DNA from: a virus
Taxonomy: Duplodnaviria; Caudoviricetes
DNA: 64,000 bases
Reading direction: 5' to 3' (one strand)
Virus record (IMG/VR): IMGVR_UViG_3300031555_002578
Translations under genes and position numbers: made by a program
In this document: positions 44,073-54,350 of the stretch, one piece after another
Layout of the letters: each line of letters opens with the position of its first letter
Numbering within the stretch: position 1 is the stretch's first letter
The notes under the pieces: model-generated
Database searches by the model: none
The model's input: only the letters and a program-made list of their open reading frames with translations
Told to the model about the DNA's origin: nothing

Positions 44073-44205
44073 TAATTACTAAATTTTGATTTATATATGA
44101 TACCTCTCTCCTAAAGGAAGATGGGATTGTACCCTTTGTGGACGATACCCGTCTTCCTGTACTTTAGTTGATAATTATTTATTAGTTGAAAAGAAGGTGA
44201 AAATT

Positions 44206-45210
44206 ATAGCCTACAAAGTTAAATCTAGGGAAGAAAAAAATGTTGAGGAATTAAATTCATCTGTAACAATTAATATTGATGCAGATTTTTTTATGAAAAA
44301 ACAAATTCAAAGAAATGAAAAAAAATATAAATGTACTTGTTGTGGTGGTAGTTGGGATAATCGGAAAACTCATTTTTCTAAATCATCCTCCCCTCTTTAT
44401 CAATCTAATGATGGATATTTAACTATATGTAATGAGTGTAGAGATAAATATTTTTTTAAGTTAGTAGATTTATATTCTGGAAATGAAGCCCATGCAATGA
44501 GACATATGTGCCAACAGTTTGATATTATTTTTCACATTGATGCATTAAATGCTTCTCGTCAGGTTAGTTCCGATAAAAGTAGATTTGCATATTATCTTCA
44601 AAAAAAGAATTTAGGTCAAACTGCAAGAGCAGGTACTACATATATTGATGGAATCAAATATGATTGGATTCACAGAGAAGATGATATTATTGAAAGTATG
44701 GAGCAAATAAAACAGGATGATATTTCTGTAAAGGCTACAACATTAGAAAGATGGGGTTTAGGATTTTCTGAAATGGATTATAAGGTTTTAGAAGACCATT
44801 ATAAAATGTTAAAGAAAAATAATCCTAACTGCGATAATAACCAAGAAATATTTATTAAATCTCTTTGTAATATTAATATGCTAATGGTAAGAGCACTTAG
44901 AGATGGTGATTCTGATAAGTATGTAAAATTAACAGACCAATATAGTAAGACTTTTACTAAAGCAGGTTTAAAAACTATTCAAGAAATTGATAATAGTGCA
45001 AATGAAAGTATGGGTGTTACTTTGTCTGTTATTGCTCAATATACTCCTGAAGAATATTATAAAGATAAAAAATTATATGATGATTTTGATGGTCTAGGTT
45101 CTTATTTTACTAGGTTTGTAAGAAGACCATTAAAAAATTTAATGACTGGTTCTACTGAACGAGATAAAGAATTTTATGTAAAAGATAAGTCAGGTGATAA
45201 TGATGAATAA
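44206..45210 (+). CDS. zinc-finger protein upstream of terminase (terminase small subunit candidate), probable ATA start
   Basis: CTCC / CNEC motifs; directly precedes large terminase; AAGGTG SD before in-frame ATA. Confidence 0.65.
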   Translation: MAYKVKSREEKNVEELNSSVTINIDADFFMKKQIQRNEKKYKCTCCGGSWDNRKTHFSKSSSPLYQSNDGYLTICNECRDKYFFKLVDLYSGNEAHAMRHMCQQFDIIFHIDALNASRQVSSDKSRFAYYLQKKNLGQTARAGTTYIDGIKYDWIHREDDIIESMEQIKQDDISVKATTLERWGLGFSEMDYKVLEDHYKMLKKNNPNCDNNQEIFIKSLCNINMLMVRALRDGDSDKYVKLTDQYSKTFTKAGLKTIQEIDNSANESMGVTLSVIAQYTPEEYYKDKKLYDDFDGLGSYFTRFVRRPLKNLMTGSTERDKEFYVKDKSGDNDE

Positions 45211-47005
45211 TCAATACGCTGACGAAAGACAGAAAAATTTATATAAAAAGTTCCCGTCTACGCATTATTTAAGCAATCCAAATAATGTACACAATATGTA
45301 TTTATGGTGTACATTTTTTAGAAGAAATTTACATAGATTAGCAATTGACTATTTAGGGATTAAACTTCATCTATATCAACAATTAATTTTATATATGATG
45401 GGTATTTCTCAGTTAGTTGTAATTGTTGCTTGTCGTGCCGCCGCAAAATCTTTTATTATTGCGTTATATGCTTGTTGTAAAGCAATTATTAAACCAAATA
45501 GCAAGATTGTACTTGGTTCAGCAACAAGAGGACAAAGTAAATTGATTATTTCTGAAAAAATAAAAAATGAATTGATGGGTATGTCTCCTGCTTTACGCAA
45601 GGAGATAAAAGATATTAAAGATAGTGCAAATGAATCTATAGTATATTTCCATAACGGAAGTACGATTAAAGTATTCACTGCAAATGAATTTGCCAGAGGT
45701 TTGCGTTCAACTGATGCCGTAAGGGAAGAATTTAGACAAATTGATAAAAATATTGACGATAGCGTAATCTCACCTTTCCAAACTATTCGACAAGTTCCAT
45801 ACATGATTGACCCTTATTATGCATCAATTGAAGAATTAAAAGAAGACCCTGTTGATATCTATATTTCTTCTTCTTGGTTTGACGATGGTCACTGGATGTG
45901 GAACATTGTTGACCAAGCATATTATGGAATGTTAAATGGTGATGCTTCTGTTATGTTGGCTTTTGATGAAAGTATTACATTAAAACATAATATAAGAACA
46001 CAGCGTCAAATGCAACAAGAAAAGAAAAAACAAGACCCTATTACATGGCAAATTGAATTTTTAAATTTAAAGATTAAGAATAATGCTTCTGCATTTTTTA
46101 CATATTCTATGTTGACTGATGTACAAAATTTACGTCAGGTATTTTATCCAAGAAATCATAAAGATGTTAAGTTTCATAAAAGGAATAAGTATGCTATTCC
46201 TAAACAAGAAGGTGAAATTAGGGTAATTTCTTGTGATATTGCCTTTGTGGAAGGTAAACAAAACGATAATTCTGTTTACAGTTGTATTCGTGGTATTCCA
46301 GAATCATTAACATATGAAACAGAAAATGCAGACATTGAAGTAAAACAAGGATATAAAAGACAATATTCCTATATTGAATCAAATCAATTAGGCGATACAA
46401 CAAAACAAGCAATTCGTATTAGGCAATTGTACGATGATTATGAAGCAGATTATATTGTTATTGATACAAGAAATGGTGGGTTGCAGACACTTTATTCTTT
46501 AGGGAAAACTTTATATGATGAAGAACGTGGCATAGAATATCCTCCTTTAAAGTGTATGAATAATGAGACTTATGCTAATGCGGTAAAAAATCCAAATGCT
46601 CCAGAAGTTATTTTTGCTGTTAATGCAAGTTCGCAATTAAATAGTGATATTGCATATAGTTTTAGGCGTTCTTTAATGGAGCATAGAATGGAATTGTTGC
46701 CAAATTTTAATACTGCAAGAGAAGAACTTTTGAATGACAATAATGATTATTTGAATGAAATTGATATTGATTTGCAGTTTGAATTTGAAAGACCATTTTT
46801 GGAGACACAGGCTATGATAAGTGAATGTGCGGAATTATTATATGAAAAGAATCCTTCTACTGGTGTAATTAAAATTTATGAACATGGGAATAACAGAAAA
46901 GATAGATATACTTCCTGTAGTTATGGTTCATATTTCTTTGACCAGTTAGAACTTGATTTGTATGGTTCTGATGCCAATTATGAATATACTTGTCTTGTAA
47001 ATTAA
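45194..47005 (+). CDS. terminase large subunit (YonF-like)
   Basis: Walker A-like CRAAAKS, Walker B VREEFR, ISSS, nuclease CDIA / IDT / KDRY. Confidence 0.9.
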   Translation: MIMMNNQYADERQKNLYKKFPSTHYLSNPNNVHNMYLWCTFFRRNLHRLAIDYLGIKLHLYQQLILYMMGISQLVVIVACRAAAKSFIIALYACCKAIIKPNSKIVLGSATRGQSKLIISEKIKNELMGMSPALRKEIKDIKDSANESIVYFHNGSTIKVFTANEFARGLRSTDAVREEFRQIDKNIDDSVISPFQTIRQVPYMIDPYYASIEELKEDPVDIYISSSWFDDGHWMWNIVDQAYYGMLNGDASVMLAFDESITLKHNIRTQRQMQQEKKKQDPITWQIEFLNLKIKNNASAFFTYSMLTDVQNLRQVFYPRNHKDVKFHKRNKYAIPKQEGEIRVISCDIAFVEGKQNDNSVYSCIRGIPESLTYETENADIEVKQGYKRQYSYIESNQLGDTTKQAIRIRQLYDDYEADYIVIDTRNGGLQTLYSLGKTLYDEERGIEYPPLKCMNNETYANAVKNPNAPEVIFAVNASSQLNSDIAYSFRRSLMEHRMELLPNFNTAREELLNDNNDYLNEIDIDLQFEFERPFLETQAMISECAELLYEKNPSTGVIKIYEHGNNRKDRYTSCSYGSYFFDQLELDLYGSDANYEYTCLVN

Positions 47006-47021
47006 TAGAAAGGAGGCAATC

Positions 47022-48662
47022 ATGCCTGAAGAAAGTAAAAAGAGGGGCAGACCTCCTAAAGTAAAACAAGAAGAAGTTGTTGAAACAAATAACGTTATTG
47101 ACAATACTAATTATGAATTTAATAGTTTTGTGGCAAATGGTAGTTTAATTGAAGCAGTTTTTTCTTGTGGTGTATTTAATTATTTTAGTAAAAATCAAAT
47201 TGATAATATTTTAAAAGACCCAATTACATATCATGAAGAAGCAATTAGATTGTCTAACTTTGTGTATGGTAAGAATGGTATTGTAGCGAATTCTATTGAT
47301 TATATGATTTCCCTACCCTGTTTAGATAAAATTATTATCAATAAAAATAAAAAAACAACTCAAGCAGTTAAAAAAAATAAAGCACTAATGAAAGCAACTC
47401 TTAATACAATTGATGATAAAACTTTTATTAGAAATGCTTTGTTTACACAAATGTTAGATGGTATTGCATTTTATTATTTTGAAACTAGAAAAAAGAAAAC
47501 AGACAACTCTAAATTTTTAAGTGATTATGAAGTTGAACATATTTATGAGATTAATGCTCTGGATGAAGCAAGTATTAATGCGTCCATTATTTCACTGCCT
47601 TGGCAATATACAAAAATTGTTGGTAAGAAAAATGGAAGATATGTTCTGGCTTTTAATTTAAGATATTTTGATGATTATACTGGTGAATCTTTAGACAGAA
47701 AATTAAGAAAATATCCATTAGAAATTGTTGAAGCATATAATACTAGAAAAAGTAATCCAACACAACATGGTGATTGGTATATTTTAGATAGTGATAAAAC
47801 AATGTGTCGTAAAATTAAATGTAAAGATTCTGAACCTTGGGGAAGAAGCGTTGTTATTGCTTCATTAGAAGATGTTTTGTATAAAGATTATTTTGTTGAT
47901 ACTAAAAGAAATGTCTTAGATGAAGTAAATAATAAGATTATTTATCAAACATTCCCAGAAGGTAAAGATAAAGGCACATGTGCTTTAACAAAAACACAAC
48001 AGGAACAACAACACTCAACTGTAAAACAAGCAGTTATGGGGAAAAACAGAAGAAATGGAGTAAGTTTCTTTAGTGTTGCTTCTGGTACAAAATTAAATTC
48101 TATTGATGTAGATATTGATATTTTTGATTCTAAAAATGAATCTGAGTTAAATAATCAAATTTCTCTTGATTTAGGTGTTTGTGCTTCTTTGATTGGTGCT
48201 ATGAGTACAGGTAATTTTGCGGCAGGTCAATCAAACTTAGAAATGATTACTGCACAATTATATTCTTGGATACATGAATGGCAAAATGAATTAAATCATG
48301 TTATTAACAAAAATATCATTCAAGATGAAAAGAATAGAGTTGAAATTTATTACTTCCCTACTTCATTTGTAAATAGACAATCATTTTTTGATATGATGAA
48401 ATCTTTATATAGTGAAGCAAGTGGCTCATTATCTTTCTTAATTGCTAGTACAGGTGTAGATGTTGATGCATATTTGTCTGTATTGGATATGGAAATTGCT
48501 GAAGGTTATTTTGAAAAATATTTACCTCATATGACAGCGTATACGAATAATGGGGATTCTTCTGGTGGTAGACCAGAAGAAAAGAATCCTACAAATGAAA
48601 ATACATTGCAGTCAAAAGCAAATAAAAGTAATGATATGCCTAAACCATCTACAAATAAATGA
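47022..48662 (+). CDS. portal protein
   Basis: 546 aa, follows terminase; EPWGRS, C-terminal GGRP. Confidence 0.8.
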   Translation: MPEESKKRGRPPKVKQEEVVETNNVIDNTNYEFNSFVANGSLIEAVFSCGVFNYFSKNQIDNILKDPITYHEEAIRLSNFVYGKNGIVANSIDYMISLPCLDKIIINKNKKTTQAVKKNKALMKATLNTIDDKTFIRNALFTQMLDGIAFYYFETRKKKTDNSKFLSDYEVEHIYEINALDEASINASIISLPWQYTKIVGKKNGRYVLAFNLRYFDDYTGESLDRKLRKYPLEIVEAYNTRKSNPTQHGDWYILDSDKTMCRKIKCKDSEPWGRSVVIASLEDVLYKDYFVDTKRNVLDEVNNKIIYQTFPEGKDKGTCALTKTQQEQQHSTVKQAVMGKNRRNGVSFFSVASGTKLNSIDVDIDIFDSKNESELNNQISLDLGVCASLIGAMSTGNFAAGQSNLEMITAQLYSWIHEWQNELNHVINKNIIQDEKNRVEIYYFPTSFVNRQSFFDMMKSLYSEASGSLSFLIASTGVDVDAYLSVLDMEIAEGYFEKYLPHMTAYTNNGDSSGGRPEEKNPTNENTLQSKANKSNDMPKPSTNK

Positions 48663-48667
48663 TTAAT

Positions 48668-48700
48668 AAAAGAATCTACTTTTAGTAGGTTCTTTTTATT
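48668..48700 (+). terminator. intrinsic terminator
   Basis: AAGAATCTAC-TTTTA-GTAGGTTCTT + T run. Confidence 0.65.
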
Positions 48701-48730
48701 TTATATAAAAGTTTTAAAGGAGGATACGAA

Positions 48731-49942
48731 ATGTTAAATAATATCCTCGAAATTTCAAGTCGTGCTAAACGTGGAGGACGAGTGCCTATTAAGATTGCAT
48801 TACTAAAAATTCATGAAAATATAGAGGAAACAAATGATAATGGTTTGCATTGGAATGAAGATTATGTAATGAACGCTATGGAATCTGCTATCTCTATGCC
48901 AATTTGTGCAGAATTTGCAACAGAAGATAAAAGTATTCCTTTAGGTCATGGTCTAACTGGAAGTGCAGTTGATGAAAATGGAATTAGAGAGCCTTTGTTT
49001 GAAAATTCTGAAACAGTTGGGGTAATTGAAAAAGTATCTATAGAGACAATTCAAAAAGATAATGAAGATATTAAAGCCCTAGTTGGTGAAGGTGTATTGT
49101 TTAATCAACGTTATCCTGCTTTTGTAAAATGGGTTAGAAATAACTATGCAAATAGTGTTGTAGATACATCTATTGAAATTTGTGGATTATCTGAAAATGA
49201 TAATAAAATTATTTATTTAGAAGAAAATCCAACAGAAGAATATCGAACACCCTTATCTTTTCAATTTTCTGGTACTGCAATTCTCTCTGTAACACCTGCG
49301 GATAAAAACGCAGTTGTTTTAGAAGTAGCACAGAAACAAAATAAGGAGGAAGAAAATAAAATGGAATTCGATATGAATGAAGTGAAAAAAGTTATTGCAG
49401 ATACAATTAATGAACTGAATAACAAAGAAACACAATTCACAGCAGAAGTTACAGAACTAAATTCTAAACTAGAAGCAAAAGATACTGTAATTGCTGAAAA
49501 AGATGCAGAACTGTGTGCTAAAGATGAACAGATTGTTGAACTAAATGCAACAATTGAACAAGTAAGACAAGCCCTACAAGATATGGAAACAGAAAGACAG
49601 GGTTGGTGGGCTGAACGTGAAGCACTGGAAAAACAACTAGGTGAACTGAAAGCCAAAGAAAGACTTGGTGAACTAAACTCTGCTATCGAAGGTTTCACAG
49701 AAGAAGAAAAGAAATTTGCTGAATCTGAAATCAATAGTTTTAACGAAAATCCTATGAACGGCAACATTGATGCTATCGTTTCTAAGATTTATGAAGGTAT
49801 TGGTCAGGCTTCTAAAAAAGCAACAGAAGAAGCAAAAATTGCAGAACAAAATGCAAACAAAAATGTTGAACTAGACGATATTTTTGCTGAAATGAATTCT
49901 GTAAAAACCGTAGAAGACGAAGAAGATATTAACATTTTTTAA
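48731..49942 (+). CDS. prohead protease/scaffold (YonD-like)
   Basis: N-terminal GHG...TSIEI...FSG domain, C-terminal acidic coiled coil; position before capsid. Confidence 0.75.
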   Translation: MLNNILEISSRAKRGGRVPIKIALLKIHENIEETNDNGLHWNEDYVMNAMESAISMPICAEFATEDKSIPLGHGLTGSAVDENGIREPLFENSETVGVIEKVSIETIQKDNEDIKALVGEGVLFNQRYPAFVKWVRNNYANSVVDTSIEICGLSENDNKIIYLEENPTEEYRTPLSFQFSGTAILSVTPADKNAVVLEVAQKQNKEEENKMEFDMNEVKKVIADTINELNNKETQFTAEVTELNSKLEAKDTVIAEKDAELCAKDEQIVELNATIEQVRQALQDMETERQGWWAEREALEKQLGELKAKERLGELNSAIEGFTEEEKKFAESEINSFNENPMNGNIDAIVSKIYEGIGQASKKATEEAKIAEQNANKNVELDDIFAEMNSVKTVEDEEDINIF

Positions 49943-49955
49943 GGAGGAAATATAA

Positions 49956-50378
49956 ATGGTTAAATTCAATTCCATCGGTCAAATTGAAAAGGACTATTTC
50001 TTTATTGACGCAGTGACAGATGTAGAAGTACTAAATGGTGCTTTTGGTGATATCGTTGATGGTAAATTTGCAGTTGGTGCAAATGCTTCTAAAGCAATCA
50101 TGCAGATTGAAGTCGGTGACGATATGTACATGGATGAATACAAAATTAATGCAGGTGCTCATGTAAGAGTAGTTGACCTAGCAAGAGTAGTTGCTCATTC
50201 TCATAATAAAATGATTGAAATTTATGGTGCTCAACTGCCTAAAGAATTCGCAGTTGGTGACAAACTGGTTTCTGACGCAGAAGGTAAACTTGTTGTTGGT
50301 GACGGTGCTCCTTGTTATGAAATCAAAGAAATTATCGGTAATAAACTAGGCGTTAAGGCTGAAATCGTAACAGAATAA
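49956..50378 (+). CDS. capsid decoration/cement protein candidate
   Basis: Between scaffold and capsid; high-expression codon bias. Confidence 0.6.
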   Translation: MVKFNSIGQIEKDYFFIDAVTDVEVLNGAFGDIVDGKFAVGANASKAIMQIEVGDDMYMDEYKINAGAHVRVVDLARVVAHSHNKMIEIYGAQLPKEFAVGDKLVSDAEGKLVVGDGAPCYEIKEIIGNKLGVKAEIVTE

Positions 50379-50395
50379 TCAAGGAGGAAATAATA

Positions 50396-51493
50396 ATGTC
50401 TTATACATTTGAACTAAATAATGAAAGAAAAGACGCTAACTTTGTAAGTGGCAAAGTTAATGGTCAATCTGCTGTAGTAGAAATTTTCTCTGCAATGGCA
50501 CAGGGTAAAGACCTTGCTCCTTATGGCAAAAAAGCAGAAGTTGCTGCTAACTATATTATGGAACTAAACTCCAAAGCAATGGGTGGAGACTTACAGGCTG
50601 CTTCTGAACTGAATGAAATTAGACGTTTTGCTATCGAACCCATTCTGCTGAAAGAAGTAAAACTACTGTCCATCTTTGGTAACTATAAAGCACTGGGCTA
50701 CAATGAATCTTGTGAAATTGAATACACAGAATATGCAAATCTGGGTGCTAGAGAACAGGCTCTAGGTCAAGATGTACAGTTCCCTGTAATCAGAAAAAGA
50801 CGTACAGGTATCAAAACAACATCTATCTCTGGTGGTCATGCAGTAGATTACAGAAAAGCATCTCTGGGTGATATGTCTGAAGAAAACGAACTACAAGAAC
50901 AGGTTAGAATTCAGATTCGCAACAAAATGGCTAAATATGTTGTGGAAACAGTATACAAAGCAATCAAAAATGCAACAGGCGTAAAATACTTCTTTGAAGG
51001 TGCAGGTCTGACAAAAACAGGCATGGATGATGTTATTGGTAAAGTAAGACGTTGGGGTAAACCTACATTCGTTGGTGATTATGCACTGGTATCTCAGTTC
51101 AATGGCTTTGCAGGTTATCAGGGTGTAACTCCTGCTGTTTCTGGTATTTCTGAAGCAGTTATGAAAGAAATTCATGATACAGGTCTAATGGGCGTATACA
51201 ACGGTACAATCCTGTCTGAAATCCCTAATGCTTATGATATGACAACAATGAATGAAGCAGGTGACAACTTTGCTACAATGCTACCTGTTGGTCTGGGCTT
51301 TGTAATCCCCGCAGGTGCTACATCTCCTATTCATACAGTTACAAGAGGTGGTTTAACATCCTTCTCTGGTAATGAAGTAACAACAGGTCAGATTATGACA
51401 CGTTTTGACATTGAATTCGGTGCAATGGTTGTAGAAGGTCAAGAACATCAGATTGGTGTAGTATGTGACACAAATCTGTCTGTAATTGACTAA
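50396..51493 (+). CDS. major capsid protein
   Basis: 365 aa, position, strong codon bias, followed by terminator. Confidence 0.8.
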   Translation: MSYTFELNNERKDANFVSGKVNGQSAVVEIFSAMAQGKDLAPYGKKAEVAANYIMELNSKAMGGDLQAASELNEIRRFAIEPILLKEVKLLSIFGNYKALGYNESCEIEYTEYANLGAREQALGQDVQFPVIRKRRTGIKTTSISGGHAVDYRKASLGDMSEENELQEQVRIQIRNKMAKYVVETVYKAIKNATGVKYFFEGAGLTKTGMDDVIGKVRRWGKPTFVGDYALVSQFNGFAGYQGVTPAVSGISEAVMKEIHDTGLMGVYNGTILSEIPNAYDMTTMNEAGDNFATMLPVGLGFVIPAGATSPIHTVTRGGLTSFSGNEVTTGQIMTRFDIEFGAMVVEGQEHQIGVVCDTNLSVID

Positions 51494-51511
51494 TTGATGA
51501 TGTAAATATTT

Positions 51512-51545
51512 AGAGGTGGAGTACAAACTGTACTCCCCTCTTTTA
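51512..51545 (+). terminator. intrinsic terminator
   Basis: GAGGTGGAGTACA-AAC-TGTACTCCCCTC + TTTT. Confidence 0.75.
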
Positions 51546-51563
51546 TAAATTAAAGGTGAAATA

Positions 51564-51743
51564 ATGAATAAATATTTTTATTGTTATTCTTCTAAACTTG
51601 CTCATTTTATAAGAGCCTTTGATATTAAATATATTGATGTTGGTGTAAATAAAAATACAAATACAAAATATTATTTATTTGAAAAAAGCGAAAGATTAGA
51701 TAAAGTGATTAGTTTGTACAACGAAGTAAAGCATAGAATTTAA
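51564..51743 (+). CDS. 59-aa DUF5659-like protein
   Basis: AAGGTG SD; YFYCYS.KLA.F......Y......N......YLFEKSE.L; below track cutoff. Confidence 0.7.
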   Translation: MNKYFYCYSSKLAHFIRAFDIKYIDVGVNKNTNTKYYLFEKSERLDKVISLYNEVKHRI

Positions 51744-51810
51744 ACTTAAAAATATTTGTCTTATTAAATAGTCGATAAATTATGTTTTAGTTGAAATAGA
51801 GGTATATATT

Positions 51811-52311
51811 ATGGCAAAAAATAATGAAAATACAACTGTTGAAGAAATTAAGGAAGTTAATTTGGAACAGAAAGTAACTTTAAAAAATATTGCAGGTTGG
51901 ACTGTTGGATTTAAGCGTATTGAAGGTGATGGTGATGTTACTATTCCACCCGAAGGTACTATTAGATTATCCAGAAGTGAAATTATTGCACAAGTTCAAA
52001 ATGGCAATAGACTTTTGACAGGAATTGATAGTCGTGGTTCTCACGCAACTGTTTATACAGATGATATTCCTACCAGAGTTGAAATGGATTTTGATATTCC
52101 AGAGGATAATATTTCTCAACAAGTATTAACTCATGATGCAGTTAAAAAACTTTTTGAATATAAGACAATCAAATCTTTTGAAGAAAATCTGAGAAAACTT
52201 GTTGTTACAAGAGCAGAAAAATATGCTATCATTCAGATTATTAAAAAAGAAAAGTTTAATGATTTTGAAAAAATTCGTGCAGTAGAAGATTATACTGGTT
52301 TTAAAATGTAA
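51811..52311 (+). CDS. virion morphogenesis protein (YonA-like)
   Basis: GAGGT SD; synteny after capsid. Confidence 0.7.
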   Translation: MAKNNENTTVEEIKEVNLEQKVTLKNIAGWTVGFKRIEGDGDVTIPPEGTIRLSRSEIIAQVQNGNRLLTGIDSRGSHATVYTDDIPTRVEMDFDIPEDNISQQVLTHDAVKKLFEYKTIKSFEENLRKLVVTRAEKYAIIQIIKKEKFNDFEKIRAVEDYTGFKM

Positions 52312-52317
52312 CGAAAG

Positions 52318-52725
52318 ATGGTGGACTACATGAAAAAAGTATCTACTTATCAAGATGTAGTGAATAGTTTTCACTCCACTTTTCAGGATAAAGTAGAAAT
52401 TCCAGATGCATTGGAACGTGTGTGGTTTTTCAAGGCGGTTGGAAAATTTTCTCATGAAATTGACCGCCTAAATTTCGATGAAGAATTATTTGAGTTTGAC
52501 ATACAACTTGATAGATATGTCATTGATACTTTAGGTGTTATGATGAAAGAATTCTATCAGCAAAGAGAATTATCAAAAGTGAATAAACGTATCAGTATCG
52601 TTTCAAAAGATATTTCAATAGATGGCTCAAACGGTACAAAAACTGCTACAAAAGCAGAACTTGAAATGGTAAATGAAGAAGTTAGAAATATGGTTTATAA
52701 GCAAACCCCTTCTGCATATAACTAA
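52318..52725 (+). CDS. head-tail adaptor candidate
   Basis: Position, size, helical composition. Confidence 0.55.
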   Translation: MVDYMKKVSTYQDVVNSFHSTFQDKVEIPDALERVWFFKAVGKFSHEIDRLNFDEELFEFDIQLDRYVIDTLGVMMKEFYQQRELSKVNKRISIVSKDISIDGSNGTKTATKAELEMVNEEVRNMVYKQTPSAYN

Positions 52726-52737
52726 GGTGGTGTTTGT

Positions 52738-53769
52738 TTGAAAGAATGGTATTTAATGACTTCTCAAACAAAATCAACTTCTCTTGGTGGTTTTGAGAAT
52801 GATGCTTTTTTAGATTATAAAGATGATGCTTTTGCTGAATCTTTAGATACTGAACTTGGAGAAACTATAGAACTTTTTAATTGTGATTTATCTGAAAGAA
52901 AAATTGTAAGATGTATGATTCAAGGCAATACACCAGATTCTCAACTTAAATCTGTTGAGCGTATCGGTTTATTTGTTCGTGGTACGGTAAAGTCTGGTAT
53001 GTATGTAAGATTTGAAGATTGCTATTGGTTAATTACAGGTTATCCTAGTTATAATAAGGTGTATGAAAAAGTAGTCATGCAATTATGTCAACACAAATTG
53101 CGTTGGCAAAATGATTCTGGACAAATTATTGAGCGTTGGTGTAATGTAACCAGTGCTTCTAAATATGATGTAGGTGAATCTGGAAATAATGCAATTATTT
53201 TAGGTTCTAATAACTATACTATTTTAGTTCCAGATGATGATGAATCTTATTATTTAGATGGTAAGCGTATATTTATTGATAGAAATACGATTAATCCAAC
53301 AAAAACTTTTAAATTAACTCGTTCTGATGATGTTTTGTATAATTACGGAATTACTCATGGTGGTATTTTTGGTTTTATTGCAGATAAATCTGAATTAAAC
53401 TATGAAACAGATAGACAAGATTTAGGCATTTGTGATTATAAAGATACAACTGTGTCCCCTACTAAACCAATTATAAATACACAAATGTTAAAAGCAACTA
53501 TGTATGGTAGAAATAATATTACCATTGGTTATGCAAGAAAATATTCTGTAAAATTCAAAAATGAGATTAATGACGAAGTTGATGTTTTAGATTTTGTTTG
53601 GAATATTGATTGTGATTTTTCTGATAAGATTGAAATGGTTAATGAAGGTAGTTCTTTAAAAGTTGTAGTATCTGATAAGGAATGTATCGGGAAAACATTT
53701 AAGGTACAAGTAATTCGTAATACTGAAATAATGACTGAAAAAACAGTTATTATCGAAGATACTTATTAA
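52738..53769 (+). CDS. head closure / neck protein candidate
   Basis: YWLI...CQHKLRWQ motif; C-terminal Ig-like region. Confidence 0.6.
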   Translation: MKEWYLMTSQTKSTSLGGFENDAFLDYKDDAFAESLDTELGETIELFNCDLSERKIVRCMIQGNTPDSQLKSVERIGLFVRGTVKSGMYVRFEDCYWLITGYPSYNKVYEKVVMQLCQHKLRWQNDSGQIIERWCNVTSASKYDVGESGNNAIILGSNNYTILVPDDDESYYLDGKRIFIDRNTINPTKTFKLTRSDDVLYNYGITHGGIFGFIADKSELNYETDRQDLGICDYKDTTVSPTKPIINTQMLKATMYGRNNITIGYARKYSVKFKNEINDEVDVLDFVWNIDCDFSDKIEMVNEGSSLKVVVSDKECIGKTFKVQVIRNTEIMTEKTVIIEDTY

Positions 53770-53780
53770 GGAGGTGGAAT

Positions 53781-54350
53781 ATGGGAATTATTCAAACCTC
53801 TGGCAATAAGAAAAAAATTATTATTGACCTATTGTTAAAAAATGATATGGTTAAAAAATTAATCAACCCTACTCTACATGATGACCTAGATGAAAAAGAA
53901 ATTCTATTGGGTGGAGAATGGGTTATTGATGGTAAAGTTGTTACAGAACAAGGTCATATTTTTGATTACAACTTTGTTGATGACACTATTACTGATGCAA
54001 AAGTTTTTATTTTTGTGGAAACAGATATTAATAATGTATATAATGATTTTGCAAATTTCAACTTATATGTCAGTGTATTTGCAGATAAATCTCTAATTCG
54101 TTTATCTCAAGAATCAACTCCTACTAAACAAGAAATGAAGAATGAAGGATATGAAGGAAATCGTATTGATATTCTTTGTGGGGTAATTGATGAACTTTTA
54201 AATGGAAAAGACATCCAAGATGTTGGTAATATTAAACCTGCTATTATGGGATATATGAAGGTATATCAACCTAGTAGACAGTTTTATGGAAAAGTATTAA
54301 CATATACTGTTAAGTCTTGGAATGATGGTGGTGATAGTTGTGGTTTTTAA
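53781..54350 (+). CDS. tail terminator candidate
   Basis: NRIDIL..VIDELLNG motif; position. Confidence 0.55.
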   Translation: MGIIQTSGNKKKIIIDLLLKNDMVKKLINPTLHDDLDEKEILLGGEWVIDGKVVTEQGHIFDYNFVDDTITDAKVFIFVETDINNVYNDFANFNLYVSVFADKSLIRLSQESTPTKQEMKNEGYEGNRIDILCGVIDELLNGKDIQDVGNIKPAIMGYMKVYQPSRQFYGKVLTYTVKSWNDGGDSCGF

